43,500 bases of DNA, taken from assembly GCA_051382335.1 (NCBI GenBank), contig JBBCAX010000306.1:1-43500 (forward strand), given 5' to 3'. A model generated the notes under the pieces. The model worked only from the letters and a program-made list of their open reading frames with translations. It searched no databases and was not told the origin of the DNA. Of the stretch, positions 29,026-37,433 are shown in pieces. Position numbers and translations under genes: made by a program. The stretch is from Deltaproteobacteria bacterium TL4 (GTDB lineage Bacteria; SAR324; NAC60-12). Each line of letters begins with the position of its first letter. Position 1 is the first letter of the stretch.

Positions 29026-31467
29026 TCAAGTAATCAGCAAAGAGCCGATTTGGTAAACGGCAACCGATAAAACGAAAGCAATCACGGTATTAAAAACCAT
29101 ACTGAACCCTGCCCACTTCCAGGAGGTTTCTTTTGCTATAGCAACTACCGTCACAAAACAGGGTGAATAAAGCATTACAAAGACAAGCAGACTGAGCGCT
29201 GTTAAAAAATTCCAATTTGGATCCTCACGTAACCGTTCTGAAAGTTTGTCAGAGGCTTCAGGATCCACTTCTCCCAGGGAGTATGCTGTCCCTAAACTGG
29301 CAACAATAACTTCTTTGGCAGCAAACCCTCCAAGCAGAGCAATATTAACCCTCCAGTCAAAACCAGCCAGGGAACTTACCCCTTCCAGGGTGGTTCCAAC
29401 TCGCCCGGCAATGGAATGTCTCAAAGCAGTTGCTGCTTCCTTGTTGTCGATTTTTAAGATAGCCTCACTTAACGCTATTTTTTGATCGGTATTGTTGATC
29501 GTTTTCATCTGTGAGGTGACTTGGTCCCGTTCAGCCTGAAACTCCTGTTTTTGATCTGAAGGCAGTCTCGGAAAAGTCATTGCGGCCCACAATAAAATCG
29601 AAATCGCCAAAATCACGGTTCCCGCTTTTTTGATGTACTCCCATGCCCGTTCCCAAGTGTGAATCAGAACCCCTTTCAACGTTGGCAAACGATAAGGAGG
29701 CAGTTCCATGACAAAAGGGGTGGAATCCCCTCTGATTAAAGTGGAACGTAAAAATCGAGCTACCAGCAAAGCGACCGTCCAACCCAAAAGAACCGTAAAA
29801 AACAAAACCCTTGCCCCATCATGAGGAAAAAACGCTGCGGCCAGCAGCATCACCACAGGTGTTTTTGCGCCACAGGTTAAATAAGGCGCGGTTAAGATGG
29901 TTGCCAATTTTTCTTTTGGACTTTTTAACGTCCTTGTCGCCATAACTCCCGGAACCGCGCAGCCTCCGACAATTCCTCCGGAAATAATATACGGCATGAC
30001 GGATGCGCCATGAAGGCCGACCATCTGCATGACTTTGTCCAGGATGTAGGCGATTCTGGCCATATACCCTGAGTCTTCCAAGATTGCAACCATAAAAAAC
30101 ATAATTAAAATCAATGGCACAAATCCTAGAACACCTCCGACTCCAGCTATAATCCCTGACACCACCAGCGATTGCAAAATCCCTTCAGGCATGATTGCGG
30201 TCATCGCATCACCCAGTACACCAAAAAAGCTTTCCAACCACCCCATTGGGTACTCACCTAAAGAAAAGGTGATTACAAACATTCCATAGAGAATACTCAA
30301 CATGATTAATGGGCCAGCAAAGGTATTGGTCATCACTTTATCAATCTTGTCGGAAATTTCAATTCGTGTGGAGCGACCATTTCGTATTAAAACACCCTTG
30401 TTGATTAATGCGGTAACGAAGCCATAGCGATAATCCGCAATGATTTCGTCAGGAGTGGTGTCCAAAGTATCTTTACAATGGGAGGTGATTTTAACCAGAA
30501 CTTCCAGCAATTCCTGATTGACTTTTTTGTCTTTTTTTCCCCCCATGCCAATAATATGAGGATCATTTTCCAGATATTTGATGGCAGTCCACCTTGCTGG
30601 AATCAAATCTGTTAAAAAATTATTATCGTTAATGATTTTTTCCATCGTTTGCAGTGCAATGTCTAAATCACTGCCATAAGAAATACGCAACGGATCCGAT
30701 TGCCCCTTGCGTTCTTTTGCGAATTTTATGGATTCTGCAACCAGTTGTGACTTCCCGACTCCTGTTCGGCCTACCGTTTCAACAACAGGAACGTTCAGAA
30801 TTTGCGACAATTTTTCGCAGTCAATATTGTTTCCCTTCTTGCGAACTTCGTCAATCATGTTCAATGCGACAACTACGGGCAGGCCCAACTCTAAAAGTTG
30901 GACGGTAAAATATAAATTCCGCTCTAAACTATTGGAATCCACAACATTGACAATAACATCCGGACGATCGTGGATCAGGTGATTTCTCGCGGCAATTTCT
31001 TCTTCGGAGTAAGGAGTGAGAGAATAGGTTCCAGGTAAGTCGGCTACCTTTATCATGAGATCATTGGTAACCATTCGCCCTTCACGTTTTGAAACAGTAA
31101 CTCCCGGATAATTACCTACCTTTTGCCGGGATCCGGTTAGTAAATTAAAAATCGTAGACTTACCAGCATTCGGATTTCCCGCAAGCGCAAGGCTTATCTG
31201 TTCTGTGGAACCATAAAAATCATCATCGTCCCTTTTAACTTCAACATCAATAAAATCCGCCTCTTTGTTTCTCAATGTTAAGGTGAAATCCTTTAAACGT
31301 AAAGCGACAGGATCTTTTAACGGTGCTCTACCGATAACAGAAATTTCTGTGTCTTTAACAAGGCCCATGTCTCTGAGCCGTCTTCCAAGTTCACCTTGGG
31401 CATTGATTGACGTAATTGTTCCAATTTCATTAACCTTCATATGACGAAGACTGATCATCTTTCCCAT
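29026..31467 (-). CDS. feoB: Ferrous iron transporter, FeoA-FeoB fusion
   Basis: N-terminal FeoA (RRLRDMGL..RAPLKDP); G motifs GNPNAGKS, NYPGVTV, DLPG, NMID; LEDSGYMAR, FVMELPPY, AAKEVIV, YSPC. Confidence 0.96.
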   Translation of the reverse strand: MGKMISLRHMKVNEIGTITSINAQGELGRRLRDMGLVKDTEISVIGRAPLKDPVALRLKDFTLTLRNKEADFIDVEVKRDDDDFYGSTEQISLALAGNPNAGKSTIFNLLTGSRQKVGNYPGVTVSKREGRMVTNDLMIKVADLPGTYSLTPYSEEEIAARNHLIHDRPDVIVNVVDSNSLERNLYFTVQLLELGLPVVVALNMIDEVRKKGNNIDCEKLSQILNVPVVETVGRTGVGKSQLVAESIKFAKERKGQSDPLRISYGSDLDIALQTMEKIINDNNFLTDLIPARWTAIKYLENDPHIIGMGGKKDKKVNQELLEVLVKITSHCKDTLDTTPDEIIADYRYGFVTALINKGVLIRNGRSTRIEISDKIDKVMTNTFAGPLIMLSILYGMFVITFSLGEYPMGWLESFFGVLGDAMTAIMPEGILQSLVVSGIIAGVGGVLGFVPLILIMFFMVAILEDSGYMARIAYILDKVMQMVGLHGASVMPYIISGGIVGGCAVPGVMATRTLKSPKEKLATILTAPYLTCGAKTPVVMLLAAAFFPHDGARVLFFTVLLGWTVALLVARFLRSTLIRGDSTPFVMELPPYRLPTLKGVLIHTWERAWEYIKKAGTVILAISILLWAAMTFPRLPSDQKQEFQAERDQVTSQMKTINNTDQKIALSEAILKIDNKEAATALRHSIAGRVGTTLEGVSSLAGFDWRVNIALLGGFAAKEVIVASLGTAYSLGEVDPEASDKLSERLREDPNWNFLTALSLLVFVMLYSPCFVTVVAIAKETSWKWAGFSMVFNTVIAFVLSVAVYQIGSLLIT

Positions 31468-31475
31468 GTTTTTCC

Positions 31476-31637
31476 TTAATTTTTATGAGAGGGATTGAGT
31501 TTTACTGAAGAGTCACAACCTTCGGAATTACAACATCCACAACCACCGCCTGACGTCGATTTTTTAAAGGTTCGGTATAAATAAAACACCGCACCCCCCA
31601 AGATAACACTTAACACCATACCTTCAACTGCTCCCAT
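31476..31637 (-). CDS. FeoB-associated Cys-rich membrane microprotein (53 aa; not in the ORF track)
   Basis: RBS AAGGAGG; MGAVEGMVLSVILGGAVFYLYRTFKKSTSGGGCGCCNSEGCDSSVKLNPSHKN = TM helix plus GCGCC..C; its stop abuts the feoB RBS. Confidence 0.88.
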   Translation of the reverse strand: MGAVEGMVLSVILGGAVFYLYRTFKKSTSGGGCGCCNSEGCDSSVKLNPSHKN

Positions 31638-31666
31638 GATTGACCTCCTTCATTTCAAAATTTAAT

Positions 31667-31728
31667 GTATTCGGATATACAGATACTTCATAAGATAATC
31701 TTCTACGCCAATAACAATAATATGTCAA
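31667..31728 (-). promoter_or_regulatory. Putative feo promoter with downstream palindromic operator
   Basis: Minus strand TTGACA (31728-31723), 17 bp, TAGAAG; imperfect palindrome GTATTCGGATATACAGATAC (31667-31686, 14/20 self-complementary). Confidence 0.45.
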
Positions 31729-31849
31729 TAAAGAAAGATATATTTACTACGTAAAGAAATAAATAAATTTTATCTTGTGAAATAATAAATTAGTATAGTA
31801 TTATTTTTATATTTAATAACAGTAACACAATGATAACAGAAGGAGCTTC

Positions 31850-32467
31850 ATGAACGATTGTTGCAGTAATACCGCATGTGAGTTGGAAAAACTCAAAGAG
31901 CGGCAGTATGACACTTTGAAATGGGTTTTGATTATTAATGCGGGAATGTTTTTGATTGAGTTAACGGCAGGGATTATGGCTCACTCCACTGCACTGATGG
32001 CGGACTCACTGGATATGCTTGGAGACGCCATTGTTTATAGTTTCAGTCTTTATGTTGTGAGTCGGTCCGATTACTGGAAAGCCCTTTCTGCGATCCTCAA
32101 AGGAGGAATCATGGCAAGCTTTGGGTTTTTTGTTATGGGGCAGGCCCTCTATAAAGTTTTAGTTCCGTCTGTTCCAACTTATGAAACGATCGGGAGTATT
32201 GGTCTTCTTGCTCTCGCAGCCAACGCTTATTGTTTGTTTCTTCTAGGGAAACATCGAGAGGAGGACATCAACATGCGCGCTGTGTGGCTTTGTTCCCGTA
32301 ATGATATTATTGCCAATGTCTCTGTTTTAGGCGCAGGTGTTGGAGTTTGGATCACGCACTCACAATGGCCTGATATCATGGTTGGTACTGCCATTGCCAT
32401 CCTCTTTCTACGCTCATCGTTCCATGTACTCAAAGAAGCGATCGGGAGTGTTTCAAACATCACCTAA
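31850..32467 (+). CDS. CDF-family cation transporter (short form lacking the C-terminal domain)
   Basis: RBS AAGGAG; MNDCC N-terminus, STALMADSLDMLGDA, WLCSRND, WPD. Confidence 0.9.
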   Translation: MNDCCSNTACELEKLKERQYDTLKWVLIINAGMFLIELTAGIMAHSTALMADSLDMLGDAIVYSFSLYVVSRSDYWKALSAILKGGIMASFGFFVMGQALYKVLVPSVPTYETIGSIGLLALAANAYCLFLLGKHREEDINMRAVWLCSRNDIIANVSVLGAGVGVWITHSQWPDIMVGTAIAILFLRSSFHVLKEAIGSVSNIT

Positions 32468-32616
32468 CAATCGCGCTCTGATCACTGATAATTTCCCTTT
32501 AATTCGATAATGTTGCCAAAAAAATTTGAATAGTAGACTTGATCAATCGCCTTATTATATGAGATACTTCAAACAATGGCCTTGAACTTAAGAAGAAACA
32601 GAACAGGTAGTGAAGT

Positions 32617-33762
32617 ATGATAATTAGAGTTACGGTTATTGTTTTTACCCTCAGTTGGATATATTTTTGTGGAGGCGTTAGCCCGTATCTTCTAGCTGTA
32701 GAACTTCACCCTGAGCAGCTTAAAGTTTTTGAGGAGGAAAGTAAGACCATGGAAATGATGCGTCTTAAACTTAAAGAACTCCTGGAAAGACAAGAGCTTC
32801 AAGCGGCCTTAAATGCTGGAAATGATGTGTATAAAGATTTTCAAGAACTCGAACAGTGGCTGGAGCGTTTGAATCGTGAACCTTCTGATGCGATGATGGA
32901 AAAAGTCATGAAGATTCTGGAGGAATTTGAAAAGCAGTTGAGCTCTATCTTGGAGCGCCAGGAATATGCGTCGACCTTAACATCAGGGGAGCCAGAGCCT
33001 CAAAAGACCACAGCCAAGCCTCTTGCCTCATTAATGCAAAACATACGTCAATTATTACGGGAAGGTAAAATTCAGGAAGCGCAGGAATTACTGAATCAAA
33101 TGCTTGCGGCATTTGATCAGCAGCAACAACAGCTCCAAAATTCGTTAAGCTCTTTTTATCAATCAAAATATGCTGAATTGCAAAAATCGCTTCAAGACTT
33201 AAGTGAAAAAGTCCAACAGGCACAAGTGAATGAAAACCGTGTTCAATCTTTGCTTCGGCCCTATTTGAGATCGGTTAAAATGACAGAATCTACGCAACGA
33301 AGTGCCTCCTCATTTCAAGAACAGGTGTCTCAATTAGCGCAAAAAATGCGGAGTCAGATGGAAAGCATGCCTCAGTCTCCTTTCCTTGCGATGGAGGACC
33401 TATCTGCGATGATTCAACGTGTTCAACAAGACTCACAAAAAACCAGTAGTGAGATCAGTACAGGTGAAACCGCACTTTCTTACCAAGCAACTCAAAGCAC
33501 TCAAATCACGTTACAGCAGCTTCAACAAACGTTAACCTCCATGAAACAGCAAGTCCAACAAATGGCTTCTCCTCGTAACAGTTCAGAGTCGTTGGGGCGA
33601 CGGGGGCAATATTGGGGGGAAAAGGGAGTTCGTCCTTTAAAATTTGAGTATGACTTTCAAGCGAATCCTCAGTATCGGGGAGAAGTGCAACGTCTTAATC
33701 AACAGAAACATCCTCAAATGACGCCTCGTCAATACCAGTACCTTCAAGAAGTCATCAAATAA
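32617..33762 (+). CDS. Exported Gln-rich coiled-coil protein (DUF4175-like)
   Basis: Signal-like N-terminus; helical Q/E/M-rich body including 'IRQLLREGKIQEAQELLNQM'; ends in YLQEVIK. Confidence 0.65.
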   Translation: MIIRVTVIVFTLSWIYFCGGVSPYLLAVELHPEQLKVFEEESKTMEMMRLKLKELLERQELQAALNAGNDVYKDFQELEQWLERLNREPSDAMMEKVMKILEEFEKQLSSILERQEYASTLTSGEPEPQKTTAKPLASLMQNIRQLLREGKIQEAQELLNQMLAAFDQQQQQLQNSLSSFYQSKYAELQKSLQDLSEKVQQAQVNENRVQSLLRPYLRSVKMTESTQRSASSFQEQVSQLAQKMRSQMESMPQSPFLAMEDLSAMIQRVQQDSQKTSSEISTGETALSYQATQSTQITLQQLQQTLTSMKQQVQQMASPRNSSESLGRRGQYWGEKGVRPLKFEYDFQANPQYRGEVQRLNQQKHPQMTPRQYQYLQEVIK

Positions 33763-34043
33763 TCCTAAAGTTTATTATTTTTCTGCCGATATTTCTAATA
33801 CGATCATCCCGTTTTAATGTTTCGTGCAATCCCCTTATTGATAAAAAAATGAATGGAAAATCCATTTTCTTTTCATTTTTGGTAAGGGTGAATATGCTCT
33901 TGTTGCATCCAAAAACATAACAACTCAAAAGATCGTTCTTTAAAGAGTGATCCATGTTTTTACTCTGTTCATATTTTATGAAATAAGTAAAAAAGAGGTA
34001 ATGACTCTTGAGGTTTTTAATTAATAAGTAGCATGAGGTCAAA

Positions 34044-34886
34044 ATGCCACCATTAAAGTATACGAATGTTTATATCGGCGCTGTTTTCTTAATGTTATTA
34101 GGGTCTGCTTTTGGCACCTACTTCTTTTTAACCGGAATGAATGGAACAAGTATCCTGATTTCCAATGCTTATGGCACAAGTACTTATTATCTTGATAAAA
34201 ACCAATATGACTTGTATTTGAATGGACTCGTTTACTGTGTGACCTTTGTCGTGGCATCGGGTTTATTTTTAGCGGTGATTGTGGTTCCTAGTGCAAATCA
34301 GGTTCAACAGCGTGTTGCTGCGCCTTACGGTTCTGGAATGCAACCTGCGGGCATGGCTCCGGGAAGGCCGCAAATGGCACCTCCAGAGAAGCCGCAAATG
34401 GCACCGCCTCCGCAGATGGCGCAACCCATGGCACCGCCTCAAGGACAACAACTTGGAGGCACGGGTTCTCAACCCAAAATGGGTGCACCAACCTCTGGAC
34501 AGCAGCCTTTAGCTAAAGGACAAAATGCTGATCAGACGTTAGAAGAAAATGATGCGTTTGAGGAAGAAAATGAGGAGCGAGAGAGTGATTCTGGTGATGC
34601 GGATGTGGTTTATGGCACAGGGAAAGTAACAGAAGATTCGATAGTGGAATTTATCCACCGACACCCTGACAGCGCGGTCAAATTTCTTTTCAGAAGAAAC
34701 TTGGACGGCAAACCTTTACAAAATAAAGAAGAAGAAATCTATACAGTCTGGCAGAAACGTGGTTTGTCTCGTAACAAAGTTCGAGACTATGTGTTCCAAA
34801 TCATGGAATGGACGAGTATGCCGAATGTTCCTGTTCACGAAATCTGGTCACAATTACGAGATCAAATTTTTGAACTCACACATTGA
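34044..34886 (+). CDS. Hypothetical membrane protein with PQMAPP repeats
   Basis: RBS GAGG; two N-terminal TM helices, a Pro/Gln/Met linker, an acidic tract and a C-terminal helical domain. Confidence 0.8.
   Translation: MPPLKYTNVYIGAVFLMLLGSAFGTYFFLTGMNGTSILISNAYGTSTYYLDKNQYDLYLNGLVYCVTFVVASGLFLAVIVVPSANQVQQRVAAPYGSGMQPAGMAPGRPQMAPPEKPQMAPPPQMAQPMAPPQGQQLGGTGSQPKMGAPTSGQQPLAKGQNADQTLEENDAFEEENEERESDSGDADVVYGTGKVTEDSIVEFIHRHPDSAVKFLFRRNLDGKPLQNKEEEIYTVWQKRGLSRNKVRDYVFQIMEWTSMPNVPVHEIWSQLRDQIFELTH
34367..34440 (+). repeat. Intragenic tandem repeat CCGCA(A/G)ATGGC encoding PQMAPP
   Basis: PQMAPP-EK-PQMAPP-PQMAQ-PMAPP in the translation; GCCGCAAATGGCACC occurs twice. Confidence 0.8.
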
Positions 34887-34899
34887 TAATGGGAGACTT

Positions 34900-35820
34900 A
34901 TGACATCGAGTAGGGCTTTTTCTGGTACCTCAACTTATCTTTTAGATGAAAAACTTTCGGAGGCTTTCCACATTGCACGTTTGCTTGGAAAACCTCTGCT
35001 CCTTGAGGGAGAACCGGGCACAGGAAAAACCAAACTCGCTCAGGAATATGCGTATTCAGAAAATTTGCCAATTTTTGAAGTCCCCATTACCTCTGAAAGC
35101 AAGGTTTCTAATCTGGTTTCTCGTTTCGATGAAGTACAACGCCTGATGGATGCACAAGCGATCATTGCAAACGCGCAGATGAAGCAAGCCAAAATCGATA
35201 TGATTATTTCTACAGGGGATCGTAAAGTCGATCACCTGGAAGATTATGTCCATCTGGGGCCTCTAGCCAAGGCTTATAACACCCCTCATTCTGTACTTTT
35301 GCTTGATGAAATAGATAAAGCGCCCCGGGAGCTGCCCAATAACCTCTTATTTTTACTTTCAGAACGCAGGATTGTGATTCCAGAAACCCAACAAGTCATT
35401 GAATGTACCCCTGAGTCCATGCCTACTATCGTCATTACATCAAACCACGAACAAGATTTACCCGCGCCCTTTGTACGACGCTGTATTTATGCCTACATAG
35501 AGTTTCCCTCTCCAGAACGTATGCGTGATATCATACGGCTTCATCACCCTAATGCTAATGATAAAATGGTCCAGACTGCCATTGAAATTTTTTATCAATT
35601 ACGAGACCTGGATTTAACGAGAAAACCGTCTACCGCTGAAATTTTGGATTGGATCACTTATCTGATACGCGAAAATATTTATGACGCCAAATCCATTCAA
35701 AGGATACAAGGCGCACAGACTTTGGTCAAACATAGAGATGATCGCGAACTGTTGGAAATCATACAAAAAGAGGGTATCTCCGCGGCAAAACGGCAACAGA
35801 CCAGCAAAACTTACTGGTAA
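34900..35820 (+). CDS. MoxR/CoxD-like AAA+ ATPase
   Basis: ATG 34900 after GGGAGA; PLLLEGEPGTGKT, LLLDEIDKA, ITSN, LPAPFVRRC, KPSTAEILDW. Confidence 0.9.
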   Translation: MTSSRAFSGTSTYLLDEKLSEAFHIARLLGKPLLLEGEPGTGKTKLAQEYAYSENLPIFEVPITSESKVSNLVSRFDEVQRLMDAQAIIANAQMKQAKIDMIISTGDRKVDHLEDYVHLGPLAKAYNTPHSVLLLDEIDKAPRELPNNLLFLLSERRIVIPETQQVIECTPESMPTIVITSNHEQDLPAPFVRRCIYAYIEFPSPERMRDIIRLHHPNANDKMVQTAIEIFYQLRDLDLTRKPSTAEILDWITYLIRENIYDAKSIQRIQGAQTLVKHRDDRELLEIIQKEGISAAKRQQTSKTYW

Positions 35821-35903
35821 TCAAAAGCCGTCATTGGTGAAGAATTCTTTAACCCCGACCCCATGATAACTTACATTTCATTAACTCTTATATTGCTGAA
35901 CGT

Positions 35904-36545
35904 ATGGGTTTAATCTCTGCCTTGATACTGGGATACTTGATAGGAAGCATTCCTTTTGGTTTGATGATTAGCAAGTATTGGTTAGGTGTCGACATCCGTG
36001 AACATGGAAGCGGTAACATCGGAATGACCAATGTCCTTAGAGTTGGAGGGAAATTACCCGGGCTATTGACCTTTCTATTAGATTTTTCAAAAGGCAGTGC
36101 CGCACTGTTAATTGCTGTGAATCTGTTTGAGTTGAGTCCTGTTCCAGAAACGTTGAAAATTCAACTTGGCGGTGTTAGCGCAAGTGTCATTTGCGGACAT
36201 GTTTTTTCCATATTTTTGCGTTTTAATGGTGGGAAAGGAATCTCAACAACATTGGGCGCTCTCCTCGTTTTAGATTATTGGATTGCACTGATTTCAGTTT
36301 CTATATGGATCAGTGTGTTTCTGGCAAAACGTATTTCCAGTTTAGCCGCAATTGTGATGCTTTCCTCGTTACCCTTTTTATTTCTTGTCATTCCATGGCT
36401 TCGAGCTGAAGACATTAATTACGTACAGTTTGCTATTTTTTTAATGCTTTCTTTGTTATTGATTTATAGACATAGGGAAAATATTCGGCGCCTGTATCAC
36501 GGTGCGGAACAACAACTAAAAGCAAAAAATCCAAATGAGGAGTAA
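35904..36545 (+). CDS. plsY: Glycerol-3-phosphate acyltransferase
   Basis: YLIGSIPFG, GSGNIGMTN, DFSKG, GH, F.GGKG, RHRENI.RL. Confidence 0.96.
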   Translation: MGLISALILGYLIGSIPFGLMISKYWLGVDIREHGSGNIGMTNVLRVGGKLPGLLTFLLDFSKGSAALLIAVNLFELSPVPETLKIQLGGVSASVICGHVFSIFLRFNGGKGISTTLGALLVLDYWIALISVSIWISVFLAKRISSLAAIVMLSSLPFLFLVIPWLRAEDINYVQFAIFLMLSLLLIYRHRENIRRLYHGAEQQLKAKNPNEE

Positions 36546-36561
36546 ATGAATCCCATTTCAG

Positions 36562-36640
36562 TATACTTCTCCAGAAAAGTTTTGTCTTGGGAGTGCTGCC
36601 TCTTGCCCGCAAAAGTAAGTGGGACGCCTGCGCTCCCAGC
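36562..36640 (-). mobile_element. MITE/REP-like element, copy B (degenerate, one end missing)
   Basis: TATACTTCTCCAGAAAAGTTTTGTCTTGGGAG..TGCCCGCAAAAG..GGGACGCCTGCGCTCCCAGC aligns with copy C and with the reverse complement of copy A. Confidence 0.7.
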
Positions 36641-36690
36641 AGGAATTGATCGTCCCGAGGACAGAAAGCGGAGACCTCCCCATGAGTGAT

Positions 36691-37404
36691 TTAAAAAGCA
36701 AAGTAGTATTCCCAATACAAGGTATGGAGTTGAGATTCTGCCATGGCGGGTTGATTTCGAGTTTGGGTCAACAAGGGGGAATAAAAACTATGGTTGAGAC
36801 GGTATTGCAACAAGAGATAATCCGTGACAAAGTAAGTGCCTCCGACTCCGATCACAAAAGAGCTTTCTTCAATCAAATCCTCACCACCGAGGAAACGAAT
36901 TTGAGCAAATTGAAGACCGGTTCCGTAATAAAAATAAACATCTCGATAAACACGAGGTGCTTTAAAAATCCAAAAGTTATTTTGAATGACTTCGATGCCA
37001 TTGAATACTTTGCCTTTATAGATCAGCGTCTGATCCGAGTCAACAATTGAGGCATGTCTGGAGTATTCAAGAACTTTATCACGCCAAAGGAGTCCCAGGT
37101 TAAACGCAACGCCATTATTATCAATATTTTTATTTTCGACAATCTGATCCAATAGATGAAAGCGTAAAAAGCGAAAGCCTGTGCCAAAGTACATGCCTTG
37201 CCAACGGCTGGGGGTTCTTTGATTCAGAAATTTGGGCTCAGAAATCAAAGACCGTGAGGCCTGACTTCGGGTTTCCATAGACGCTGGAGAGGGCGGAGTT
37301 TCAGCAATCGTGAGGGTGGAGCACACCAGCGATAATCCGCAAAGGAGCCCCCACCTCAGGAAGGCCTTATGATCTTTATTAAATAAACTAACCAATCCCA
37401 TCAA
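36691..37404 (-). CDS. Putative outer-membrane beta-barrel protein
   Basis: Signal peptide, alternating aromatic/Gly strands (YFYYGTGLQF) and C-terminal Bam signal YWEYYFAF; directly downstream of lptD. Confidence 0.75.
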   Translation of the reverse strand: MMGLVSLFNKDHKAFLRWGLLCGLSLVCSTLTIAETPPSPASMETRSQASRSLISEPKFLNQRTPSRWQGMYFGTGFRFLRFHLLDQIVENKNIDNNGVAFNLGLLWRDKVLEYSRHASIVDSDQTLIYKGKVFNGIEVIQNNFWIFKAPRVYRDVYFYYGTGLQFAQIRFLGGEDLIEESSFVIGVGGTYFVTDYLLLQYRLNHSFYSPLLTQTRNQPAMAESQLHTLYWEYYFAF

Positions 37405-37433
37405 TCCCTTATTATATTTTGAACAGGTGCGTG

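Noticed and set aside
36619..37050. 143-aa + strand ORF
   Set aside because: Antisense to a credible OMP gene, starts inside a repeat element and has no motifs.
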